NCBI GenBank assembly: GCA_001816585.1
Contig: MHCJ01000006.1
Location: 40-64,039 of the forward strand
Source: Candidatus Chisholmbacteria bacterium RIFCSPHIGHO2_01_FULL_52_32
GTDB taxonomy: Bacteria; Patescibacteriota; Microgenomatia; UBA1400; Chisholmbacteraceae
Reading direction: 5' to 3'
DNA: 64,000 nt
Shown here: positions 1-8,468 of the stretch, in pieces
Layout of the letters: each line of letters opens with the position of its first letter
Position numbering within the stretch: the first letter of the stretch is position 1
Translations under genes and position numbers: made by a program
The notes under the pieces: model-generated
Databases searched by the model: none
Told to the model about the DNA's origin: nothing
The model's input: the letters and a program-made list of their open reading frames with translations, nothing else

Positions 1-1937
1 TTCCCCTTGATAGTCCTTGATTTCCCTTGATACCCCTTGGCGGCGTCCAAGCCGCCCGCGCTCACCTGGAAGTACTTCAGGAACAATTCCAGCGTATCCG
101 GGTAGGGGACGAAGTCCGCATCAAACACGACGATGAATTCCGCTCTGGGGTCAGTGGCTTTGAGGGCTTCTTTGAGTGCTCCTCCCTTGAAGCCTGCCCG
201 GGTATCTCTATGGAGAAGCTTGATAAGGGGCGTAGAGCCTAGGGCATAGGGCGTAGCGTCTCCCTCTGTATTCTCTGCTCTCTGCTCTCTGCCCTCTGCC
301 CTTAGCCCTAAGCGCTTAGCATTCCATTCTTCGGCAAACTGCCGAACAATGGCCGTGGTCTCATCCGTACTGTCATCGCAGACGATCACTTCATACCGCT
401 CATAATCGAAGGAGCTGCAGGCTTTAAGGAGTCTCTCCACCACCCGCGGTTCGTTGTAGACGGGGAGATGGATGGAGATGAAGGGATACCGCTCAAGCTT
501 CACCTGGGAGACATCGGGCTCCAATCCTCCTCCCCTCTGCTCTTCGCTCTCTGCCATCCGCCCTCCACCCTCAACCCTCGACCCTAAACCCTCTCCTCTC
601 ATCATCCCTATCCCGAACAGCTTCCCCAACCATCCCGTTTTGAATTTGCCTGCCCTGAGCTTTGTCGAAGGGGAAGGTGAAATTTGAAGTGTATGTGGAA
701 CTTGTGATTGGTCATTGGTGATTTCTTCCGAAGCTTCTCTTGAAAAGCTCAACACGACTGCCAGGGTGAAGTAGTACTTGAGGGAATAAAGGAAGAAGAG
801 AGTGCCGGAAATAAGCGCCAGGGAGGCAAACACCCATCCCAGAGCTTGGATCGAGTTGGTGGCAGTTCCCAAGAGTCTTCCCCATGCGAAAAGCCCAAAG
901 AAGATAAAGATTGAGAGAAGGATAAACGTGGAGAAACGCCGAAGGAGGAGGACCGCTTGCCTCGCCGAAGTCCTGAGCATATCGAAGGACGGAGGCGGGG
1001 CGGGAGCCCGCGTCGGCACGAACTGCTCCCATACTTGCTTGAGCCGATCTTGCCAGGATAGTGCAGGCCGTACCGCCAATGTTACTGGCGTGTGCGCCTG
1101 GGCGTAAGCTAATCGCCTTTCAAATGTATTCAAACTATATCGTAACAATATATTCTGTATCGCATGATGACCTATATCCGGTATCTGCGCCTTTAGTCGA
1201 TGTACGGAAAGCCGGGGTTCCGCAACCACCGCCTCCAGCACTCGCGAAACGACGATTGGAGGCGTCCAGCGCCGATGCAGATCACCAACCGCATACCGAT
1301 CACCCAAGGATTCAATAAGGAAAGCCTCGCGCAGCTTTGCCTCTTCGTATCGCTGTTTCCAAAAATAGAAAGTCTTCCGACTCACCCGAAATTCCCGACA
1401 AGCCTCACCCACGCGCTTTCCTTCTAAGAGCACAGCTTCAATCAACCGCTTTCGACTATTAGGTAAAAGGCGAAAAGCCCGACGCCCCAAAACATCCGTA
1501 ACCCCCTTCACGGTCTGATGAAGCCGGCTGAACTCCTCACGCTGCGAAGCCGTAGAAAGATCAAGTTCTTTGAGTAAAGTGTGGATGGCGTGATGGCCAA
1601 TTTCCTTTCCGCAGTTGCGTAGCGCTTGACAGATCTGTCTGCTACTCCACTCGGGGTGGGAAACCACAAAACGAAGGACAAATCGCCGGAACTTGCTCCG
1701 ACGCTCCCGTGGGTGTTCGGAGCCCATAGGGTAGCGAAACTGAAGGGCCAAGCGACTCCCCCGCCCCCGACGTCCCTCCCACAACCGCTTCCAGCAGTAG
1801 AAGGTTTTTCGCGAAATGCCATTCTCCCGGCAAACAAGCGAAACCGGCTTCTTTTCCTCAAGTACAAGCCTCAAGATTCGCTCACGAACATGCGCAGGAA
1901 AACGTTTGAAGCGGTGCAATTTGAATGGGGCAGACAT
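1..1937 (-). CDS. Large membrane glycosyltransferase family 2 protein with two N-terminal transposase-like HTH repeats (3' end runs off the window)
   Basis: Manual translation, open from ATG at 1937 to the window edge: MSAPFKLHRF..., then HTH 1 (VSLVCRENGISRKTFYCWKR...IGHHAIHTLL), HTH 2 (VGEACREFRVSRKTFYFWKQRY...IGHHAIQNILL), TM helices and GT2 motifs PFISIHLPVYNEPRVVERLL, VIVCDDSTD, HRDTRAGFKGGAL, FIVVFDADFVP. Absent from the ORF track because its stop is outside the window. Confidence 0.9.
   Translation of the reverse strand, partial: MSAPFKLHRFKRFPAHVRERILRLVLEEKKPVSLVCRENGISRKTFYCWKRLWEGRRGRGSRLALQFRYPMGSEHPRERRSKFRRFVLRFVVSHPEWSSRQICQALRNCGKEIGHHAIHTLLKELDLSTASQREEFSRLHQTVKGVTDVLGRRAFRLLPNSRKRLIEAVLLEGKRVGEACREFRVSRKTFYFWKQRYEEAKLREAFLIESLGDRYAVGDLHRRWTPPIVVSRVLEAVVAEPRLSVHRLKAQIPDIGHHAIQNILLRYSLNTFERRLAYAQAHTPVTLAVRPALSWQDRLKQVWEQFVPTRAPAPPPSFDMLRTSARQAVLLLRRFSTFILLSIFIFFGLFAWGRLLGTATNSIQALGWVFASLALISGTLFFLYSLKYYFTLAVVLSFSREASEEITNDQSQVPHTLQISPSPSTKLRAGKFKTGWLGKLFGIGMMRGEGLGSRVEGGGRMAESEEQRGGGLEPDVSQVKLERYPFISIHLPVYNEPRVVERLLKACSSFDYERYEVIVCDDSTDETTAIVRQFAEEWNAKRLGLRAEGREQRAENTEGDATPYALGSTPLIKLLHRDTRAGFKGGALKEALKATDPRAEFIVVFDADFVPYPDTLELFLKYFQVSAGGLDAAKGYQGKSRTIKG
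231..320 (-). repeat. Two-armed inverted heptamer array, in frame in the GT2 gene
   Basis: + strand cgtagag-cctaggg-cataggg-cgtagcg followed by ctctctg-ctctctg-ccctctg-cccttag-ccctaag-cgcttag; encodes AKRLGLRAEGREQRAENTEGDATPYALGSTP. Confidence 0.85.
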
Positions 1938-2410
1938 CCAAATTCGTCCAATCTTTAACCGATTGAGCTGAGTCTAATGGGCAGTGTTGTTCTCAGGCCT
2001 ATGTTAAGTGTTACCAACCATGGGTACTCTTGTCAAGTAGCCGAGGGGTTAAAATTCCATGATTTTTCACGGCCGAAAAAAAGTGCAAATTACGGCCAAA
2101 AAACCAGACGGAAATATACAGGAGAAGAAAAGCTATAAGCCAGTATAGAATTCAATGCTATAGAGTCTTAGAGAATATAATATAGTGTCTATGAGTGAAG
2201 TATCTCCACAACCCGAGAGAAGTCAATTCCAGAGGAAAAGCAAAGCCTAAAGAAGGCTAACTCCCTTCCCTCTTCCACTCAACAACCCCAAGAATCCAAA
2301 ACAGTCTCCGAATCCAACCAAACAGAGAAAAAATCAAAAAACCAGCTGAATTGAGGAAAGAATGTCCTTCTTTTCAGAAGAGAACACGCTCCAGTCCCCC
2401 TAAAACGCCT

Positions 2411-2740
2411 TCAAGAGAGCTGGGGATACTTTTCTAACTCCTGGGAACGGCAAATAAAGCAGTGCGTCCGCGTGTACCGGAAGCTTACAGCCCGCACCAC
2501 CAGCTCATAGACAGAAGAAAGACAAAGTGATACTCCGGTAAAAAGAAAGCCAAGCCCGAGGATGTACGACAAAGGCGAAGGAAGCGTTTGGAGCAAATAG
2601 TAACCAAGGAGAGCCAACAGTAGAAAAGAACCAGACAGGATACTGTATTTGACGGCCCCAACGAAACCCACCAGAAGGTGATGCCACCAAACGTGATTCC
2701 CTGTCAAGAACGCCTTTTCCATCACTCCTATTATCCGCAA
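2411..2740 (-). CDS. Small hypothetical membrane protein
   Basis: ORF with about 3 hydrophobic segments and a C-terminal HCFIC motif; start uncertain. Confidence 0.6.
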   Translation of the reverse strand: MRIIGVMEKAFLTGNHVWWHHLLVGFVGAVKYSILSGSFLLLALLGYYLLQTLPSPLSYILGLGFLFTGVSLCLSSVYELVVRAVSFRYTRTHCFICRSQELEKYPQLS

Positions 2741-2856
2741 GGTTGAATGATGCTGTCAACCAAAGACAACCTGGAAGCTTCAAACAATAAACGAACAAGA
2801 AATGTCTCCAAAACATTGGAAGAGGCAAGTATGATAAAACCCTGGATGAAAGAAAA

Positions 2857-3594
2857 CTACTGAAGTGCCTGGTCGATCATGCTTTTGAAGTTTGCAAACG
2901 GCATCGCCCCAACCAGAATCTTCCCGTTGATATAAAAGCCCGGTGTCCCCCCGATCCCAAGCTCCTGAGCTAAGGCAACATCCTTCAACACTTGATCTTG
3001 ATGGGTACCATCCTTAAGACAGGCCGAAAGCTCTCCGCCATTAAGCCCGAGCGAACTCCCAAAGCCAAGGAACGCATCCGTCGGATCTCCGGTCGACCAT
3101 TCCTCCTGTTTCCCAAACAGGAGATCATGCATTTCCCAATACTTTCCCTGATCCCCGGCGCATCGTGCAAGCTGGGCTGCCGAAGGGGCATTAGGATGAT
3201 TCGGTAGTGGAAAATCCCGAACGAGATATTTGACCTTGCCCGTCTGAATGTAGTCCTTCTCAATCTGCGGCAGCGTTTCATCGAAATGTCTCTTACAATA
3301 GGGACACTGATAATCGGTGAACTCAACGATCGTAACCCGCGCGCCATCTTTACCTTGGGAAACAGCTGACTCGGAGATAACCCTCTGCCACTGTTCTTCG
3401 GAAAGAGTCTCTGAAGCCTGTGGCTGTGCCGATCCGACTTGCTGATTTTGCGCTCCTGGTGTCTGTACGGAAGATCCCGCAGGGGATCCCCCCTTCTTAA
3501 GCAACTCCACTTGCCCTTGGTACCGTCCCAGCAAAAACACCACTACAATCAGAAGTCCAACAAGCAGAGGCAGAAGTTTTACAGGAATTTTCAT
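2857..3594 (-). CDS. DsbA/thioredoxin-like membrane-anchored oxidoreductase
   Basis: N-terminal TM, EFTDYQCPYC active site, GIGGTPGFYING cis-Pro loop. Confidence 0.92.
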   Translation of the reverse strand: MKIPVKLLPLLVGLLIVVVFLLGRYQGQVELLKKGGSPAGSSVQTPGAQNQQVGSAQPQASETLSEEQWQRVISESAVSQGKDGARVTIVEFTDYQCPYCKRHFDETLPQIEKDYIQTGKVKYLVRDFPLPNHPNAPSAAQLARCAGDQGKYWEMHDLLFGKQEEWSTGDPTDAFLGFGSSLGLNGGELSACLKDGTHQDQVLKDVALAQELGIGGTPGFYINGKILVGAMPFANFKSMIDQALQ

Positions 3595-3661
3595 AACAGA
3601 GTCCCCACTATACGCGACAAGAAAAACCCTGTCAATAAGCGTGAAGAGGAGCGTGTAGGGT

Positions 3662-4978
3662 TTAGAAATTCCCTTTGCCCTCTGCCCTATGCCCCCTTAG
3701 CATCATTGCATCCGCCACCCGTTGCACCGCTAGGATGTACGCCGCCGTGTGGAGGTCAACCTTCTTTTCCTGGGCCAATTCCCAAACAGCCGCAAAGGCA
3801 GCCTCCATGATCTCTCCTAATCGTTCAAACACCAATGTTTTTGTCCAATAGTATCCGGACAGATTCTGGACCCATTCAAAATAGGAGGCCGTCACTCCTC
3901 CGGCATTCGCGAGGATGTCGGGAACCAGGACGACGCCTTTCTTTCGAAGCACCACGGCAGCGGCTTCCGTCACAGGTCCATTAGCCATCTCAATGATCGC
4001 CTTGGCTCGAACCGACTGAACGTTATGGATGCCAATTACTCCCTCCATCGCTGCCGGTACCAGCACATCGACATCAAGTGTCAATAGCTCGTCGTCCGAT
4101 ATCGCCTTTCCATGACGAAGATCACAAACGGACCCGACGCAATAACAGCTGGCGATCTTCCCTTTCTCTTCCTTACAAGCCAGGGTTAGCTGTGGATTCA
4201 ATCCCTTGGGCACGGATACGGCTCCTTTGCTATCTCCTGCAGCCACAACGGTAAACCCTGCCTTATCCGCAAAGTGGGCAAACCAGTATCCGACATTCCC
4301 GAAACCCTGGATTGCGATGGTCGCGTGTCGCTTTTTCAGACCGAGTTTCGCGGCCAGGAGCTTAAGGATAATCGACCCGCCAAATCCGGTTGCCTCTTCT
4401 CTCCCTAACGAACCGCCCAATGCTACCGGCTTCCCCGTAATAACTGCGTAAGGGCTTTCATCATTTTGACTTTTGACTTTTGACTTTTGACTTTGAATTT
4501 TTTGGTACTCATCCACCATCCAAGCCATAATCTGGGCATTCGTATTCAGATCCGGCGCCGGGACATCCTTCCATGCCCCAAAATAGGGCGCAAACACCCG
4601 CATGTAGGCTCGGGAAAGGCGTTCAAGCTCGCCCGATGAAAGGGTCTTGGGATCAACCACAACACCACCCTTCGCCCCGCCGAAAGGGATACCGACCACG
4701 GCGCACTTCCAGGTCATCCACAGGGAAAGCGCCTTCATCTCTGCCTCATTCACTTGAGGGTGATAGCGGATCCCTCCCTTAAACGGGCCCCTGGCATCGT
4801 TGTGTTGGCTGCGAAATGCGGGGAACTTCCGTATCTTCCCGTCATCCATCTTCACGGATAGCAACTTCCTAATAAATCTTTTCGGAAACTTAAGTTGCTC
4901 AACCATGTCCGCCGGAGCATCCAGATACGGCCTCGCTTCCTCAAGCTGTTTGATAGCATCCTGGTATGGATTCTCCAT
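3662..4978 (-). CDS. gdhA: Glu/Leu/Phe/Val dehydrogenase (glutamate dehydrogenase)
   Basis: RGPFKGGIRYHP, PFGGAKGG, DVPAPD, QGFGNVG, EMANGP, PDILANAGGV motifs. Confidence 0.95.
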   Translation of the reverse strand: MENPYQDAIKQLEEARPYLDAPADMVEQLKFPKRFIRKLLSVKMDDGKIRKFPAFRSQHNDARGPFKGGIRYHPQVNEAEMKALSLWMTWKCAVVGIPFGGAKGGVVVDPKTLSSGELERLSRAYMRVFAPYFGAWKDVPAPDLNTNAQIMAWMVDEYQKIQSQKSKVKSQNDESPYAVITGKPVALGGSLGREEATGFGGSIILKLLAAKLGLKKRHATIAIQGFGNVGYWFAHFADKAGFTVVAAGDSKGAVSVPKGLNPQLTLACKEEKGKIASCYCVGSVCDLRHGKAISDDELLTLDVDVLVPAAMEGVIGIHNVQSVRAKAIIEMANGPVTEAAAVVLRKKGVVLVPDILANAGGVTASYFEWVQNLSGYYWTKTLVFERLGEIMEAAFAAVWELAQEKKVDLHTAAYILAVQRVADAMMLRGHRAEGKGNF

Positions 4979-5019
4979 TTATCTCCTAATCTTTGCTAAT
5001 TTTGAACTTTAAGCTGTCT

Positions 5020-6012
5020 TCACCAACTCTGCATACTACCCGTCAGGTACTTCTCGACATCAAGTGCAGCCATACACCCCATTCCCGCCGCGGTCACTGC
5101 CTGCCGGTATCGAAAATCAACCACATCCCCGGCCCCGAAAACACCCTGAACTGAAGTCATGGTCGGATAGTCCTCAAGCCACGTTTTTTGGGGTATATCG
5201 CTCCAGGAAGAAGTCAGTTTGGTCACCAAATAGCCCTTTTGATCAAGTTCGACCTGTCCGTCAAAGATGGATGTCTCCGGAACATGACCAATGGAAATAA
5301 ATAGTCCGTCAGTCGCAAGTTCCTCCTTTTTACCGGTCTTTGTATCCTCAACGGTAATCGCCTCAAGTTTCTTTTCTCCCGTCACCCCAACCACTTGACT
5401 GTTCCAACGTGACTTGACGCGATCTTTATGGCCTTCAAGGACCCGCTCTTGCATGATTTTGGAGGCGCGTAGCGTATCTCTTCGATGAATCAAGGTCACC
5501 GACCGGGCATACCGGACAAGAGCTAAAACCTCTTCCATCGCGGCATCCCCGCCGCCAACCACAAAGGTCACCTTATCCTTGAAGAATGCGGCATCGCAAA
5601 CCGCGCAGGTCGAGACCCCCCGCCCCAAGAGCCGCTCTTCACCGACTCCGAGTAGCCGTGCCCTTGCCCCCGTCGCGATGATAACTGCCTTCCCAAGGTA
5701 TTCCTTACGCTCATTTCCCTGATCAGTCCAAATCCGAAATGGCTGTTTGGAAAAATCAACGCCTGAAGCGGTCACATCGAAGATTTCTGCCCCAAACCGC
5801 TTCGCCTGCTCCCGCATCGAAGCCATGAGTTCAGGTCCTAAAATCCCCCGCTGGAAGCCGGGGTAATTTTCAACCTCGGTCGTCAACATTAATTGGCCTC
5901 CGTGCTTTTCCCCTGCAAGCACCACAGGCGAAAGCTTCGCCCGAGCCAGATAGAGACCTGCAGTATATCCTGCCGGGCCCGAACCGATGATGACAACATC
6001 GTAAATTCGCAT
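5020..6012 (-). CDS. trxB: Thioredoxin reductase
   Basis: IIGSGPAGYTA, GVSTCAVCD, VGGGDAAMEE, GVFGAGDV. Confidence 0.96.
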   Translation of the reverse strand: MRIYDVVIIGSGPAGYTAGLYLARAKLSPVVLAGEKHGGQLMLTTEVENYPGFQRGILGPELMASMREQAKRFGAEIFDVTASGVDFSKQPFRIWTDQGNERKEYLGKAVIIATGARARLLGVGEERLLGRGVSTCAVCDAAFFKDKVTFVVGGGDAAMEEVLALVRYARSVTLIHRRDTLRASKIMQERVLEGHKDRVKSRWNSQVVGVTGEKKLEAITVEDTKTGKKEELATDGLFISIGHVPETSIFDGQVELDQKGYLVTKLTSSWSDIPQKTWLEDYPTMTSVQGVFGAGDVVDFRYRQAVTAAGMGCMAALDVEKYLTGSMQSW

Positions 6013-6417
6013 AGCGCGTAGAGCAAAGAGCTTAGCGAAGAGACCTCTTAAAAGAAACTAACTTACGCGACAACATATCTGCTTTTTCGTAAAGATGATG
6101 TCTTTCCCTCTCCTTTAAGTATCCTTGCTTTTCGGCAATAAGCAAATGAGATGCTGTTTCAAACAAGCTCTTACGAGCATAATCTAAATAGTTCTTGTTG
6201 TCTTTTATCGTAGCTGCCGCTGAACCCTCTGCAATATTCGCAGGGATAGAAACAGCACTCCTCCATATCTGAGCGGTTAAACTGAAGAGCTCGCTTTTCG
6301 GCCATAACTTGGTCAAGAGATAAACTTCGCTGACAAAGTCGGCCGCCAGCCTCCAAACATCCAAAGTCTCAAACCGAAACATACTCTTTCCCTACGCTCT
6401 CTGCCCTATGCCCTATG
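6010..6417 (-). repeat. Inverted 4x7-bp arrays bracketing the four-helix-bundle gene
   Basis: 6390-6417 ccctacg ctctctg ccctatg ccctatg and 6010-6037 catagcg cgtagag caaagag cttagcg are mutually complementary (about 24/28 pairs counting G-U). Confidence 0.85.
6032..6382 (-). CDS. Four helix bundle protein (23S rRNA IVP / Avd-like family)
   Basis: FETLDVW...WPKSELFSLTAQIWRSAVSIPANIAEG...ARKSLFETASHL signature. Confidence 0.92.
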   Translation of the reverse strand: MFRFETLDVWRLAADFVSEVYLLTKLWPKSELFSLTAQIWRSAVSIPANIAEGSAAATIKDNKNYLDYARKSLFETASHLLIAEKQGYLKERERHHLYEKADMLSRKLVSFKRSLR

Positions 6418-6739
6418 CCACTTTCTTGATCAATTCTTCGTACCCGGCCTTTCCACCGAACCCAATCTTCCGCTCCACCTCTTTCCCGTCCTTAAAAAGG
6501 ATAACGGTCGGAATACTCATCACTCCATGGACGACCGCCTGCCCATTGTTCTCATCCACATTAAGCTTCCCGATCTTAACCTTCCCGGCATACATTTGGG
6601 AAAGCTCATCGACAACCGGCGCGGCCATCCGACAGGGCCCGCACCACTCCGCCCAAAAATCCACCAATACAGGCAGAGGGCTCTTCAAAACCTCCTCCTC
6701 AAAGTTCTCATCAGTAATAGTGACAGTGGTAACCGCCAT
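6413..6739 (-). CDS. trxA: Thioredoxin
   Basis: VLVDFWAEWCGPCR, MSIPT. Confidence 0.97.
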   Translation of the reverse strand: MAVTTVTITDENFEEEVLKSPLPVLVDFWAEWCGPCRMAAPVVDELSQMYAGKVKIGKLNVDENNGQAVVHGVMSIPTVILFKDGKEVERKIGFGGKAGYEELIKKVA

Positions 6740-6787
6740 ATCGAACTTCCTTTCTCGCTCTGCTAACTCTAATCTTAAATCTTTCTC

Positions 6788-7027
6788 TCAGCTTATCCGA
6801 AACAACGTCTGGATCATCCGCGCAAACCGCTCATTTTCTTTCCCTGACCGCGCGCAGCGAATCGCTTCTCCCGAGAGAACCATTTTCCCAACCTCGGCCA
6901 AAGCAGACCGTACCGCTCCAATCTGCTGGGAAAGCTCCATACATTCTCGCCGCTCAAGGTACATCTTCCGGATACCGGCGATTTGCCCCTCAATCCTTCG
7001 TAGTCGTATCTCAATCGGGTCAGTCAT
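6788..7027 (-). CDS. CsoR/RcnR/CstR-family transcriptional repressor
   Basis: RLRRIEGQIAGIRKM...C.ELSQQIGAVRSAL signature. Confidence 0.9.
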   Translation of the reverse strand: MTDPIEIRLRRIEGQIAGIRKMYLERRECMELSQQIGAVRSALAEVGKMVLSGEAIRCARSGKENERFARMIQTLFRIS

Positions 7028-7079
7028 ATTGAAAGTTAGTAACTTTTAACTTTTGACTTTAAACTTTTAACTGTTGAAA

Positions 7080-7119
7080 TACTCCCCCCCAGTATATAGC
7101 CGAAGCTTCATCCTGTCAA
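7080..7119 (-). promoter_or_regulatory. Sigma70 promoter overlapped by a CsoR/RcnR-type operator
   Basis: Minus strand TTGACA (7119-7114), 17 nt, TATACT (7096-7091); TACT-G7-AGTA palindrome at 7080-7094 matches the G-tract operator form of this family. Confidence 0.85.
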
Positions 7120-7133
7120 GGAAGAAATAAACC

Positions 7134-7466
7134 CTATTTCAACCGCCGGTCTAAGGAAATAAACTTCCGCAGCACCCTGGTAAAAAACACATCCGCCCGG
7201 GCCATCTTCCTCCGTGCCGAGGAAACCGTCTGCGCGGTCACGTTTAAAGCGCGTATGACCTCCTCGTACTTCCCTTTCCCTTCTATGCGCTTGTAAAGCT
7301 CTAATCGCTTCGCAAGCATGGTGAGTTCCTGACGTGTAAAAAATTCCAAAAAAAATGCTTCAGCCTCCTGCCAATTCCCCAAAGATGAGAACGCTAAAAA
7401 AAGCTTCTCCAACAACCGTTGTTCCGAATCAAACGAAAGTGGCCTCTTTACACTCACCCTCGCCAT
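7134..7466 (-). CDS. TrpR-like (YerC/YecD) HTH protein
   Basis: EAEAFFLEFFTRQELTMLAKRL...YEEVIRALNVTAQTVSS. Confidence 0.8.
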   Translation of the reverse strand: MARVSVKRPLSFDSEQRLLEKLFLAFSSLGNWQEAEAFFLEFFTRQELTMLAKRLELYKRIEGKGKYEEVIRALNVTAQTVSSARRKMARADVFFTRVLRKFISLDRRLK

Positions 7467-7534
7467 AACTCCTCCCGCACATCTAATATATCAGACCACA
7501 GAAGTCTGGAGTAAGATCCAATGCGAATTGGCGG

Positions 7535-7591
7535 GACCGTTCACGGGGCAGGTTTTCTTGGTTACTTCTTTGCCTGAACAAAGAAGTAACT
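7535..7591. repeat. Partial (3') copy of the ~180-bp structured repeat
   Basis: gaccgttcacggggc...ttggttacttctttg...caaagaagtaact matches the ends of the copies at 11505, 12477 and 37737. Confidence 0.65.
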
Positions 7592-7627
7592 GTCATTCTT
7601 GTGTAAAAAAATAAAAGAAAGAATCGT

Positions 7628-8356
7628 TTAAGAAAGAAGTAACCACGAAGCCAATAACACCAACACCACCCCCAAAGACAGCTTCATCCATTTCTCCGCC
7701 CGGTGTTCCCACTCCTTAATCTCAACGATCCGCCTTCCCTTCCACACCACGATGAGGATCACGATAAGGGGAAGGACAAAAAGGAGGTTGTAGTAGAGAA
7801 AATAGGCAATAACCAACGGCAAGGAAAAACCGGACTGGGCCAAAATCGTCGCCGTGCCAACATAGAGAGGCAGCGAGCATGGCGTTTCAAGCACGGTCAC
7901 CAAAACCCCCAGGACGACCACCGCGGGCAACGAAGCCTTCTCAACCAAACTCATAAGCTTCGCTTTGCTTGCCGTGGGAATCCGAAGGTGAATCGGCAAA
8001 TGCGGCCAAAAGAAGTCTTTGATCTGTATCAGGCCGGCGATCAGCAGCGCCGCCCCGATAGTTTTGTTGAGGGCTGACGAGGCCAAGCTTAAATTGAGCC
8101 TTGAAATCGTTTCGTAGAATGCAAGACCAATGACAAGGTACGTCGCAAAAATCGAACCAATGTAAACAGCTCCCGTGATAAGCACCTTCTCCGGTTTCTT
8201 GGCAAACACTAAAAGGTACCCCAAAAGCATCACCATCATCCCGATGGCACAAGGGTTAATCCCATCCACCAACCCCGCAATCGTTACCAAGGGAAAGCTT
8301 ACCAACCCACCTTGGCGTTCAAGGTAACACCCAACCGCCGTGCAATCTCCAATCAT
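7628..8356 (-). CDS. DsbD/CcdA-like transmembrane thiol-transfer protein
   Basis: AGLVDGINPCA and LETPCSLPLY motifs, about 6 TM; start uncertain. Confidence 0.85.
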   Translation of the reverse strand: MIGDCTAVGCYLERQGGLVSFPLVTIAGLVDGINPCAIGMMVMLLGYLLVFAKKPEKVLITGAVYIGSIFATYLVIGLAFYETISRLNLSLASSALNKTIGAALLIAGLIQIKDFFWPHLPIHLRIPTASKAKLMSLVEKASLPAVVVLGVLVTVLETPCSLPLYVGTATILAQSGFSLPLVIAYFLYYNLLFVLPLIVILIVVWKGRRIVEIKEWEHRAEKWMKLSLGVVLVLLASWLLLS

Positions 8357-8468
8357 GATCCCCCTCGTAAACTACAATCTCTGCATGATAACACATCAGC
8401 AGTATTTTTGAGCACCATAGAAACAGTACCCTTGGAATATCGCGTGAAACCCGCCGTAGTCCCGAGCA

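Noticed and set aside
1510-1555. Hammerhead-like CTGATGA...CGAA motif closed by ACGGT/GCCGT
   Set aside because: It lacks a proper GAAA/stem III/cleavage site and lies antisense within the HTH-GT2 coding frame.
27-1958. Short ORF-track calls in 1-1960, and the idea that 1140-1940 is a long ncRNA leader
   Set aside because: All are explained as shadows of the single minus-strand CDS starting at 1937.
6032-6382. Four-helix-bundle gene as part of a DGR or a 23S rRNA intervening sequence
   Set aside because: No reverse transcriptase, TR/VR pair or rRNA sequence is present in the window.
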